Shown here piece after piece: positions 29,701 through 42,527 of a DNA stretch of 64,000 bases. Positions within the stretch are counted from its first letter, which is position 1. Each line of letters opens with the position of its first letter. The notes below the pieces were generated by a model. The model saw only the letters and a program-made list of their open reading frames with translations. It had not been told where the DNA came from and did no database searches. The position numbers and the translations under genes were made by a program. The stretch covers positions 280,099-344,098 of the forward strand of contig JAQGDQ010000202.1 of the NCBI GenBank assembly GCA_030141605.1, written 5' to 3'. Source of the stretch: Tubiluchus corallicola. Lineage: Eukaryota > Animalia > Priapulida.

Positions 29701-31944
29701 AACTGCGTCAAAAACAAACACACGAAGAATAATTACTCACAAAGACCCGTGTTGCCATGAATCATTGATTTTAATGTTCAGGAAGGTTTTCTGAAAGACA
29801 TTTGTTGCACATTCAACATTAATCTCGCTTATTTTAAAACAGAATTAGTGACAAAAGCTATAAATAATTTCTCCTTTTTTTCCTCTTCCTTCTCCTTAGC
29901 GTTGTCTGCATTTTCTCCTTTTTTGTCAATATGCTGATTGTCTATTTTCTAGAATGAAAACTTTATTATGAAGAATTATTGCAGCATTTGACAAATGAGA
30001 GAGCGTTTCTCTAAGGGCAAAATTTTGTGTATTCACTAAGGACTTTTAGCACCCAAGTCTTATTTATGTCAATCAATTAAAAATACATGTTTCAAAGTAA
30101 CATGGGAAGCTGGACAAGCAAGGAAGTTACACAAAGACATTATTAAACACCTGGAAGCAGCTGCAAGAACAAGTTTATGTTTAACTGGTGATAGTACCCG
30201 TAAAAATTTGAATATGTTCGAACTCAAAAAGAAAATTAATTCATATACGTTAAACTAAAGTTTAATTTTAAGGTTGTGCATGAATACACTCAAAACATCG
30301 ACAATTCGCTTTTCTCCTATTGAAACTGCATAAAATGCTTTCAAGCAACGTAAAAATCTTTGTCATAAAATTGACTCTGCCTGCCATTTTAACGTTTTTA
30401 AACTCTCCACGCAATGTACATTTCTACAATGGAAGTTTCAATGCAGTGAATGATGTTTTATTGAAAAGACGTACTAATCGATCGTTTTATCATGTGTCAA
30501 ATCTGTAAACCAGTTACAACAGGCGATGTCACTTAGTTATTGCTTCCAGTAAAAGGAAGCAGTGGCTTTCCCATGAAAACACTGAAACCAATCTGTGGTT
30601 TTCTGATATAAAATATTATGATACCATCATCATTGATTAGTATTGTAAGAGGAACCCAAGTTCAAAGCGATTGGTTGGAGCAGTGTTCCGTGTGCTAATT
30701 TGCCTCATCATTCAGTCAAAATAATTGTGAACAGAAAACAGGAAATGCAGTCAGGAGGAAAGAAACGATAGAAGTAAACGAAGCTAATCGCGGAATCAAA
30801 GAACCGCTTCTCAAAAAAACGAGTTAAGAACAACTAAGGACAAAATGGAGTAAATAAATCGAAAAAAAACGAAATAAAATGTGATTAAAAAGGAATAAAA
30901 GAAAGAAGGATGAAGATCATTGACTTATACAGTTCCGTTTCAAAAGTTAGACATACAGTAGACTTCTTACGTATTACTTTACTTTACCGTACACCTGAAG
31001 CAGCGAAAAGTGAGAAAAAAGAAACGAAGAATAAATAATAATAAGGAAAATGAAGCTTGCGAGGAGCATCTAATTATTTTCTTATTTATAATGACTGCAA
31101 CGAAATAGCTAAAAATAATAGCTGATGAGGCAAGTTTGCTTAATACTGTTTGAGAATTTGAAAAATGAAAATCGGATTATACGACTGAAGGCATCTCTTG
31201 TAATAAAATTTCTACTGATCCAATTCCTATTTCGCACGTGGTGGGTACAGCGAGGTTTTAAACAGTCTCAATAATTAATGGTTATCTTCTGCTAACGTAC
31301 TAATCATCTTCATCTTCCTCAGCTTCTTGTCAAAAGAAGCAGCAGCAGCTGGAGTTGAATTTGCAGATAGCAGTTTCATTTCCTGCAGGGTTCGCATCAA
31401 ACATTTACAGGAACGGACCACATAGAAATGCCAATTATCGTCCTAAAGCATTTGTTTAAAAAGTTTGAGTATATAGTAACAGCAGATAAAAATTGCTTAG
31501 AAGAGAATACGTATCATACCCGAAAACTTTCAGACAGTTATGCTTGTTATTTAATTGTTATATTGTTCATTGTGTCACATCTGCTAACTTTGTATGTATA
31601 TGTCTTTATATCTATTTATATTACTTTATTTTTCTGCACTTCTGCTTGTTCATATATTTCATGGTGAGGATTCATGTATCAGTTTTAAAAACTATCTAAT
31701 CTGAAACCAAATAAACAATGTTTAAACTGAACTGAACCCGAAAATCATTGTGTGTTGAGTGGCTTCCCGCAGGGGTCTCTTGAAATATGTCCTAACTCAG
31801 TTAAGAAAAAGCAATTCTTTTGTTAGCTGCTTTCATTAATTATTATTACATTATTATTTTTACTGCTTCTACTACAAATATTTAATTACGATAAGTACCT
31901 ACTTGAATATTAATTTAATTTTCTGCACAGAGCGATTCTCCTAC

Positions 31945-32036
31945 CTTTGACTGGCATCATTTGTGCTGGGTTTCTGTGCCGTTCTACACAAACACGTCAG
32001 ATTCTGTTGCTCGTCATCACTCGTAATTGTAGGCAT
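31945..32036 (-). CDS. Candidate first coding exon of the PET-LIM gene
   Basis: ATG-initiated MPTITSDDEQQNLTCLCRTAQKPSTNDASQ ending AG|gtagg; phase 2 joins exon 17409-17589 to make AGA (R). Confidence 0.45.
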
Positions 32037-33279
32037 GCTTGACTGACCACGCTCAACTTGGCTTCTCGCACACTTTCTCACAATTTAGCCTCAAATTACG
32101 CCGGATTCTCGACACACTTCGTATGTTGGACGCATTAGTAAAGCGATTTAGTTGCAAACTAAGAAGGTATGGCGCAAATTAGCTGTTAAACGCGGCTGGG
32201 AATTTCGCGGGTGTTCGGCGTGTTTAACCAGCCGGTCGATATTATCGGACAGGCCGTAAAATTTGTGTCAGCAAAACAGTGCTGTCGCACGCAAGGGTAT
32301 ATTTGGTAACATCGTTTATTAGCCAGCTTTGTATTAGAAATACATGTAATGAAAAACCTATAGTTTGTTTGTTGCAAGTGAACAGAGAAAACAGTAAAGT
32401 GCAAATAATGCCTGGCTCAGTAGTTGGCAATTGTTAGCTATCTTACAAAGCATTGGCGTAATTGGTTCTCTCCAAATCGCATTATTGTATAAAACGTGTT
32501 GTATAGTATATAATTCATATTTAGGTACACTTTATTAGGAGCTTTTTAATAAGACATATTCAATTTTAGGGTATTGTTTTTAGAAATTTTATTTTTATGC
32601 ATCTTTTCATGTCTTATAGGATCAGCGTTAAGTGCGCACGCGCCTGCTGATTCTTTCTTTTATACAATTTTAATGTATGTATAAATGTCAAATAAAAAAA
32701 ATGAAAAACCCTGCGCAGTTTCACGTGTATAGATTTCATAGACTGTTGCTAGATAAAAGAAAATGCTTTGAGGAGGGAAAGAAAATCAGGAGGGAAGAAA
32801 CCCATTTTGTAGCCCGCCCTATATACTATTGCTATCTCTAAGCAGGCAAGGAAAACTAACACACCAGAGGCTATACACACGCAATTTCCACTATTCTTTC
32901 AGTACATCAGTCTTCCCACATTATGGTTACATCGTGCAGTATTGAATAGATTCCACACACGTAAATAAACCATTATTCATATTCAGTGTCATGCAAGGTA
33001 CAATAGTAATAACTATTTTGCGCGTCACAGTGGTGTTGCAATTTGACGTAATGACTGTGTAAAAGACCCATTATGGGGCTTGGTTCCTACTGCAAAAACG
33101 TATTACTTTAAAGAAAACTAATCTCAATTTTGCAGCAAGTACACCTAATCTAATTTACAGTCATAATGGGCAGAAAATACTCCTTTTCAGTAGCAAAACT
33201 GGAAAAAAATGAGATCAGCAAAATAAACAAGCAGTTTGAGTGTACCACTCATTACGTATTATTGTATATGTAATAAAAA

Positions 33280-33280
<1 letters not shown>

Positions 33281-33343
<63 letters not shown>

Positions 33344-33369
33344 TAATAATAATAATAATAATAATAATA
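33281..33369. repeat. (AAT)n microsatellite
   Basis: Direct observation. Confidence 0.97.
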
Positions 33370-34094
33370 TGTGCAAGATGACTTCGAGATCAAAGAATTA
33401 TTTATTAAAGCAGCAAAACATTGTTTTAGAATATTTGAGAGCTTTAACTTTTGCAGGTGGGGAACACTAGGTCATTTTTGTATAAAAATCTCTCTAATAG
33501 GCATACTTAGGACTGGAAAAGAGGGAAACTGAGTTTTTTGACAATTAACGGGTATTAAACAAGACTGAAAGCTCTGTTGAGAATTTACCCTTGTAGAAAA
33601 GCAGAGGGCAGTGCCTACGCTTAAAAACGGAGGGGGGATTGAAAAAGAAGCTCTGGAAGTTCACAGCGTTATTAGTTCTGTTCTCTAAGACCGGAGCTAC
33701 ATGCACAAACTTAAGTAGATAAAGGCCTACTGACTGGGACATGTACTGACAAATAGAAACCAGACTTTCACAGATTTGCAAGCAGTATTAATGAATAATA
33801 GAGGCAATTTCGCCCGATGACCTAAAGCTAATATGGCTACGGAAAACGCAATAAACCGGCAAACGCAAACAGTCTCACTTTTATAGTGAAACAATATCAG
33901 AGAAAATCAAACACCAAAACCTATCTGCAGGCTGATTTTATGTATCATGAAAAGTCTTTATTAGGAAACTCCAGGCAACGCCTGTATAAGCACGCCCACA
34001 ATTATGGAGATTTAGCCCCAAATCGTATCAACAGAGCAATGCTAGGTTGTTTCCTTATCAGCCTACCGTAGTCCGATTTTTGCAAAATACCATG

Positions 34095-34277
34095 CGATGA
34101 GGTGAGTTCAGTTGAGATGAGATGAGATGAGGTAAGGTGAGGTGAAGTGAGGTAAAGTAAAATGAGATAAGGTAAGGTGAAGCGAGGTAAAGTGAGATGA
34201 AATGAGATAAGGTGAGGTGAAGTGAAGTGAGATAAGGTAAGGTTAAGTAAGGTAATAATAGTACTAATATATACTGG

Positions 34278-34329
<52 letters not shown>

Positions 34330-34330
34330 G
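34095..34330. repeat. Degenerate pentamer (GGTGA/GGTAA/GATGA) tract followed by (TA)n
   Basis: Direct observation. Confidence 0.85.
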
Positions 34331-37300
34331 TACATATTACTGGGTATATATACTTTCGTAACGAACGTACTTACGAAATATACTGGGTAAAGCTACCCAT
34401 TTCTCCACGGGTATTTGTATCAGAGCGTTTTCGTGGTAACGTCACAAATGATAGGAATTTTGAAAATTTACTATTTTCCATAAAAGTGTAATAGGTAAAG
34501 CAAATTATAGCATTAAATTAGTAACAGATGTTTTGCTGAAAAATGCTATGCTATAAAGTGCCCATAAAGTGTCAGGTTGGTTTTTTAATCGTCTTGGTTT
34601 CTGGATCTCTTTCAGGTTTGTGAAACCACATTAATTGCACCAGTTTTACTTTTCCTCTGAAAGCACGTGGGCTCACTATTTTCCGCAGCGATTACACGTA
34701 TAACTGATTCCAGGACGTCAATTCCTCTTCTAGACTTCTAAACTTGTTACTCGGCTTTACTCTGGTGCTGTGATGGTAATAATTAAGACCGCATGGAATG
34801 TGACAATATGAACTGGTGTTTCTTGAGTCTAAGTAGAGTTGAACCAATTACTTTCTGGTAAATGGCTTTAGCGTTCTGTTGTTGCCCTACTTTTACTTTC
34901 ATGATAGGAAAAGGGCATTGTTTTTCTTTTCTTGGAGTAGAGTTACAAACAAAATAAATCGCGTAGCGCATGCCTAGACGTTTTTAGGATATGGCAGCGC
35001 CATATTACGATTAGCGATCACTATGTGAAAATCACTGAAATGTAACTTTGTGTACTAATCAATACAAATCAATGCGCATAATTAGAAAAAGTCCTAGTAA
35101 AAAGAAATAATTACGTTTTAGTGAAAGGACAAAGAATTAATGCAAGAAGCCAGTCACTGTTACTATTTTTATTTATAAAGCATGTACGATTAGGCCTGCT
35201 ATTTGAAGATTAGAACTAATAAGATTATGACTTGTTTTCCAAACAGGAAGCTATTTTCATGAATAAGCAATTAAAAAGAAGTTCTACTTACTTCAGCTAC
35301 TGACTTAGAAAAACGAAAACTTGCATTAGTGTAAGCACTGTCACCGCATTTTGCTGTCTCACATACAACTTGAAAATACGTGTTTTAATCTGATTTTATC
35401 ACAAACGACACGTGCACAAGTGCTCAAAATGGCAATTATTGACGATGTAGTCTCAAAGAAATCACTATCACCAGCAAAATTCACTATGTACTGACACTGT
35501 TGCGCTCAGTCAAGAGTGTTCACCCAGGGTTGCGTTTTCATCATCACATAGTTTGGAAATCTTTTTGAAAACAAACCATAGGAAGAGCCCTTTCTCTGGT
35601 CTTCGCGAAAGTTTAGAGTATCTTTCCCACTGTTGCTGACTGGCTTGTTGTCAAAGCGCAAATATATTGCTTTCGCGTAGTTGTAGCTCTTTTCTGTCAT
35701 GAGTGCGCATCGCCTGAAGCGCTAGAACGACTTACGGTGAACAGCACTGAACATTGAACTTGTAGTATACCATTAAAGTAATAAACGCATATAAAAGCAG
35801 CAATAAGCCCACAGTTTACGATAAAAATGCAGGCGTTGGAATGCTGGTTCAACTGGGTCGAAATCCTACAGGAAATCTGGCATTATTAGTGTTTCCGTTT
35901 TGCTCACATTAAAAAAAATACAGAAAAAGGACACTGATTTTTTTTAAATCAGAAGAACAAATGGTTTCTAGAGTCCTTATTATACGCACAGTTTCGGGTG
36001 GAATCATTTCCGTATATATTTAAGAGTCAATTTCCGGTGCCGAAATCATGACAACATTCAAAGTGTATGCTGCTCATTGCATTTTAATTTTATCACTAAT
36101 TATGCGTGGCACTTAAAACGTTTTATGATATTTTGAAACATTTCTATTTGGAGTAAACCCAATTTTTGGCTCAATTTTCAGGCACTTTTCGTTCACAGTT
36201 TGTGGATTTGGTCGACGGTAGGCCTGCCACACGCCACACGCACGATTCAGCCATTGAACTGAAAGCGGTGCCTCCCGACAAAATCTAAGACTACTCAAAT
36301 TGGTTCGGTACCAGCAGATACGAAGGCCAAGCAGTCTATAACCCTTTTGGTATTAATCCCGAAACGATAAAATGATGTACAGAAAATCGTACCTTCATAT
36401 GTAAACTACACGAAGTACTTTCAAAAACAGAGTTTACACCGTCAACAGGGTTAAAATGACTGGACCACTTAAAAAGCAAAGAAGGCCGCTTTTATATTGG
36501 CCAGATGCATAATTTAGCTTCAACAGAAACTTCTACATTTAGTGTCAAAGGGGTGTTCCGTACAATGCCAATATAATAACTCGCCAATGGAAAGTATGTT
36601 CTACATTATACGGCTTCATAGTTGGCCAGCAAGAATTTTCTTGGACATCTTCAGTAGATTACGGGCACCATCAAGACATAACGTTCGATTTTTGTTGATT
36701 TAACTGCAGTTGGATAATAACATTTTAGTCGTGTGTCAGTGTCTTTAGGCAAGTCTTTAGCGCCTATTTTTACACACTACAGCATGATGAGTATTCAGAA
36801 CTCCTTGACATAATCAGGGCTTATTCATTTAATGATAGTTGTGGTAAGACTATATAGGCACATTATATAGAACCCATGTTGTTGCTAAGAATTATCCTCA
36901 AAATGGAACCGACGGAAGTGTTTTGGCCACGTTCAGAAAAGTGTACATCCTCCGGGCTTAGGGGATTGTAGAGAAAGCGGCGAAGAAGTGACGGCCACTG
37001 ACAATCAGACGCCTCTAATCAATTTACTATGCTGCTTAAAATGCAAAATGTTGCTTAATTTTGGTCGCTAAAACTATTTCGCTCATCCTAAAATCAATAA
37101 TTATTCACATAAATTGACCATTATATTGATGAATTTAAATCAACTATCTAGGAAGCAGTAATCTTGCAATTGAAAAATGAATTGCCCAAGAGTCAAAGCA
37201 CATTATGAACAGTTCAGGAACTCGTCCATAACAACTGGAGTACATCATCAATACAAATCTACATTACTATTGCACATTTAATGTGTACAATCTTTTGCCG

Positions 37301-38174
37301 CATCCTGTACTGGACGGCACAGCTCGTTTTCTCTGACTTCTAACATTTTGTGGAGTCGCAGTGAATTTTATGACAACAAGCGGCGTATAAAATAACCATT
37401 TCTGACATCATAAAATTAAGTCTTGACAGCATAAGTGGTGTGGTAAACCTTGCTCAATCGATCTGCTTTTGATGAATATGAAAACAAAAGGAATGCGCTG
37501 CTTGCGCATTTCATATAGTTGCAGACGTAAATTATGTATTTCGTACGTGCAAAATAATATTGCCTAATAATAGAATATAATGTAGCAACGGTTTTTTCCC
37601 AGCTTACAATTTGAACGAGTATTACGGCTATTTCCTATCTGTGTGTGAACAAATGGAAGAACGAAACTTTAACACAAGAAATATTTAATAACTACACTTT
37701 AACCGCTTGTCAATACATTTTTCATTGAGAATGTGAAGATAACTACTCTCTAAAGAGTTTAATTAATTCATTAATATATCATCACCATACACGAGCTACA
37801 GTTATTGATTTTTTACAGTTGTGTCATAGAGTTTGAATGATCATATAGTTTACTTGATCATTCACTGATTTTCAAACGGATGTACTTAACCCGCGTACAC
37901 GAAATGGGGAAGAATTTCACTAAGTCCAATCTGGAAAAATGTATTTTGTACACTGTCGCATCATCACATGAAATTCTAATATGCACAAATAACAGAAAAC
38001 AAAAAAACGACCTTATATTATAAAGTCTAATGTATAATCAAAAAAATCACGGAAAACATTAAGCTATATTTTGTGAGAAATTCTTTACAAAACTATTATT
38101 GAACAATTGTTTTGTAGTTCATATAGTTCATAGTAGATCCCTTCATATTCCTGCTTTATTTTTAGACTGCCCTA

Positions 38175-41100
38175 TCTAAACATTAATTTCGGTGGTACCA
38201 GGCTTAATATATATATATATATATATATATAGGCTACAGCTTCAACGGCGGCACCATCTGCGGCGATCTATATATCAAATGAACGGTCTCGATCTAGTCC
38301 AGGGGTTCTCAACCTGGGGGAATGAGCCACCTCCAGGGGGGGGACGAATGGGTGGAAAAATAAAAATAAAAAATATGTAGAACAGCTGAGAAAAAATACA
38401 GAAAGCCTTCAGAAAAGTACAGAAAATCGTGTCCTCTCAACAGGAGCAAGAGTCACATTGAATGTGGTGACCACAGATTGTATTATTATTCATGAATAAA
38501 AAAAATGTTGAAATTAAAAAAAAAATTGAATTAAAAAATGCATTTTTCATTTTGTTTGTGAGCTAGGGGGGAACGAGAATCAGCAGCCTTCAAAAGAGGG
38601 AACGGGTCACAAAGGGTTGGGAACCACTGATCTAGTCTATATATTAATTCTACTGGTATGTTATATATATATATATATAAGATTCGAGGCTACAGCTCGG
38701 ACGACGGCACCATTTGCGGCGACCTATACATCAAACGAAAGGTCCAGAACAACAGGTTTGCCGTTGGGGGTTTATTTTTCGAATCAGGCCCACCGGGATG
38801 AACGGGGGGGGGTCGAAAAATCTCCCAAAACGGCCGTTTTTCGGCCATTTTTTGCAAAACTTATACCTCTTATTTCTGAAGAACGGGAACGGGTCGGGGG
38901 CGGTGCTGGCCATGGATAGATAGCCCGTTCAGCGGTAGGTGTCATAGGCGTATTTAAAATTCGCGAGAGGGCCACGGCGTCCCGTAACGGACGTTTTCCC
39001 GAACCCAACTCGCGATTTTTTCGAAATTTTGACCAAACAGCCTGCGGAAAAAACGTTATAGCGGCGCCTGGTGGGACCCTTGAAAGGAGATATATGGCTC
39101 TTTAGAAAGACGAAGAACAGGGCTACACGATGATATGAGCTATATTTTAGTACACGTCCACCAAGAGGAGTGCCGACGAGTTAATTAAATGTTCTATTTT
39201 CGGCATTTTTCGCTTGGAAAATTGCTGACGTAAAGCCATTGTTGTGACGTCATCCATTATACTCTGCTTATAACTTTAATTCAGTAAAAGCTACTAATGG
39301 TTTTGCGTTATAAATGAGGACTATGTAGGATGTTTGTTTATTTTTGATTATACGTGTATTTATAAGCAAAAATTTTTTGCGGGGCCTTTGCTAGTCTATA
39401 TATTAATTTCGGTAATATAGATGTATATAAGATTCGAGGTTACAGCTCCGACGACGACACCACTTGCGGCGTTCTACATACGAAATGAAAGGTGTGGTCT
39501 CATTAGGGGTTTATTTTTCGAATCGGGCCCACTGGGAGGAACGGGGGCCGAAAAACCTCCAAAATGGCCATTTTCGCCCATTTTTTGCAAAATTTATACC
39601 TCTTATTTCTGAAGAACGGGAACGGGTCGGGGGCGGTGCTGGCCATGGATAGATAGCCCGTTCAGCGGTGGGTGTTATAGTCACATTTAGATTTCACGGG
39701 AGGGCCACCAATACCCGCTACGGGCATTTTCCCGGACCCAACTCCCATTTTCTCGAAATTTTGGCCAAACGATCCTGTAGAAAAAACATTCTAGCAGTGT
39801 TCAGTGGGACTCTTGGAAGGAGATATATAGCTCTTTAGAAAGAGGAAGAACAGGGCTACGCGATGGTGTGGGCCATATTTTAGGACACGTCCACCAAGAG
39901 GACTGGCGACGAGTTAATTAGATGTTCCGTTTTTGGCAATTTTCGGTTGGAAAACTGCTGACGCAAAGCAATTGTTGTGACGTCATCCATTATACTCTGC
40001 CTGTAACTTTAATTCAGTAAAAGCTGCTACTGGCTTTGCGTTATAATGAGGACTATGTAGGATGTTTGCGTATTTTTGATTGTTGTAAGTGATTTATACG
40101 CAAAATTTTTTGCGGGGCCTTTGCTAGTCGTGTATATTAATTTCGCTGGTGTATACATATGTATATATATATCTATATATCAAATGGCGATCTATACATC
40201 AAACGAAAGGTCCAGAACAACAGGTTTGCCGTTGGGGGTTTATTTTTCGAATCGGGCCCACCGGGATGAACGGGGGGGGGGCGAAAAATCTCCCAAAACG
40301 GCCGTTTTTCGGCCATTTTTTGCAAAACTTATACCTCTTATTTTTGGAGAACGGGAATGTGCCTGGCATGGTACTGGTAATAGTTAAATAGCCCGTTCAA
40401 CGGTGGGTGTTATAGTCATATTTAGAATTCGGGGGAGGGCCGCGGCACCCCGTGATGGGCGTTTTCGCGGACCCAACCACTCAAATTTTGCAGAAAACTG
40501 CTCAAACAGCCTCTAGGAAAACTCAATTTGTGCAACTGTTTGGGCATGCTGGGAAAAAATAAGGAACAGGACGAAACGGTCTACAAAATGTTAAAGGTTT
40601 TGTTGGGAGAGTCATATATTGGACGAAACGGGAGAGGTGTATTTCGAAGTTCTTTTTCTACTCCCCTGTGCTGCACGCTATTTGTAACATCCATTGTCTT
40701 TGAGTTTGAGAAATTTCGCGGCTGTTCCAGGCATTGTCTTCACCCGCCGTTCTACAGTGGTATAGATCGTACATATAAATAAGTTCTGTTAGGTTATTAT
40801 TATCATCTGAGAAGCAGCAAACAAAACTATGTGGAATGTCCGTGCATTATTGATCATTGGTAAACAGACTAAGAGCATTTATTATAGCACACAGTTTCGA
40901 CTTTGTGGAAAATGTTTGGAATGGTTTTATTGTGATGCTGTGCTGTTGGTGCTGGTGCTGTAGGTGTCGTCATCATTGCCCGCCATCATCATCATCGCCA
41001 TCAACTTCATGATCACTATGTGATGTGGTGAGTGTTGTGTGGTGTGGTGATGGCGGTGGTGTGCTGTGGGTGTTGTGCTATGGATGGCATAGTGGGGTGT

Positions 41101-41379
41101 GCAGTGGAGGGTGCAGTGGGGTGGTAGGCTGTGTGTGAAGTTGGTGGAGTGGTGTGGTGGGTGTGGTGTAGTGTGGTCTGAGTGGTGTGGTGTGGGTGGT
41201 GTGCTGTGAGTGGAGCGGTGGGTTGGTGTGGAGTGATGTGCTATGGTGTGGTGTTGTGGTATGGTGTGGGTAATGTGGTGTGGTGTGGTGCATTGAGAGT
41301 GGCGTGACAGGTTGGTGTAGTATGGTGTGGGTTGTTGTTGCGAGTTTATGCGCAAGGTTCTTTGGCGGGGGTTGGCTAG
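38175..41379 (+). mobile_element. Head-to-tail array of non-autonomous Helitron units (38175-38297, 38636-39394, 39395-40127, 40128-41379)
   Basis: Each unit starts TC and ends CTAG; CGCAAAA-TT-TTTTGCG hairpin about 9 nt before the CTAG (best in unit 39395-40127); outer flanks A|TC ... CTAG|T; no TSD. Confidence 0.8.
38300..38629. mobile_element. hAT (Charlie/Buster-like) MITE
   Basis: TIRs CAGGGGTTCTCAACC / GGTTGGGAACCACTG; perfect 8-bp TSD ATCTAGTC at 38292-38299 and 38630-38637. Confidence 0.9.
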
Positions 41380-42527
41380 TTATTAAATTAATATTTTAAA
41401 GATAAATTAGTTTTTCGCTAACGTGAAGCAGGTCCGCGAATGACTTGCTGGGAATTGATTTGACAGCATTAATGAAAACATTAATTTATTTAGTAATTAG
41501 CGTCATTTACTGGGATGAAAACATTGAGCGACATATTAGCAACGCTTGCTAACACCGCAGAATTAATACGCTACTTGCAGGTCACGCAATTTTTCTTAAA
41601 ATATTTCTTAATCAACATTTAATAAAATAACAATAAAAACAATGAATAAAATAAAAATAATAATAATAATAACGTCCTCGCTCGTACTAAAATTGTACTA
41701 GAGTGGGTTTGCTTTTTAGCGTAGTTAATTATATGTTCGCTTTTGTCACGCGATGAAGATGAGCGTCTGCCCATCCTACTAAACCTCTCCCCTTCCCGTT
41801 CCGCTATACGACTTGAAGTTTATGCACAGGTAAATTTTCGCGCCTCCATTTAAGCGGTCTGGCATTCTCTGAACCGGATGATTTCTTTGCTACTTGTATT
41901 AGTTTCAGCTGCAGCAGAGGGAAGACGTTTTGCAGTAAATTTGGCGATCTTGAGTCTATGGGTTTGAGATGGGCAGTAAATTAGTCTGCCGTTAATTGTA
42001 CCTCAAACAGGGTGATTTTGGTTTATTTATCTGTTTTTTCATGAAAACCGTACAAATGATTAACTGATAACAAAAGCGGTGAGAGTTCGTCCACGTCCAG
42101 TTATATTTTCGGCGGCTGAGATCACTGGTGAGCTGTTGTATTATGTAGCGGAGTGAGCATCGGGCGCGCAGTAGACAATACCGCAGATAACTTTCGCGTT
42201 ACTCCCTTTTTCCTTCATATACCTTTGTATCATGTTTTTCCACTTTATGCAACACTTTTACCACGTTTTTCTAATACCAATTTCTCACGGGCCGCCAGCC
42301 ACTTGGCAAACAGTTTTTAATACCTTTGCCTTCCACTGCTTAAAAGATTTGTTACGTCTCTAAATCTTGCAAAATGTCCAAAAAATTTTTGCTTCCGTGT
42401 TTCCCACTGCTGAACTGTTTGAGGATCTTTTGTGATTCAACGTATTTTGGCAGTTTTGCAGTAGCTTAACTAATTAGCGCGAATCTACCCAAATGAATAT
42501 TCCTGTTAGTAGAAACAGCTGTGTGTG

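Noticed and set aside
29487-30330. ~50-bp diverged direct repeat (29487 and 30280) as LTRs
   Set aside because: Too short, with no TG..CA ends, PBS or TSD
31755-31785. VLSGFPQGSL RT-like motif
   Set aside because: Isolated 10 codons; plausible LINE debris but too short to annotate
35290-35700. ATG ORF 35506-35700 plus a gtaagt donor at ~35291 as a PET-LIM first exon
   Set aside because: The ORF stops at 35506 and no continuous frame reaches the donor
38617-40391. Repeated ORFs in the tandem units; also considered as an rDNA/5S, snRNA or CRISPR-like array
   Set aside because: No RNA-gene motifs or repeat-spacer structure; frames are not conserved between units; the termini fit a Helitron
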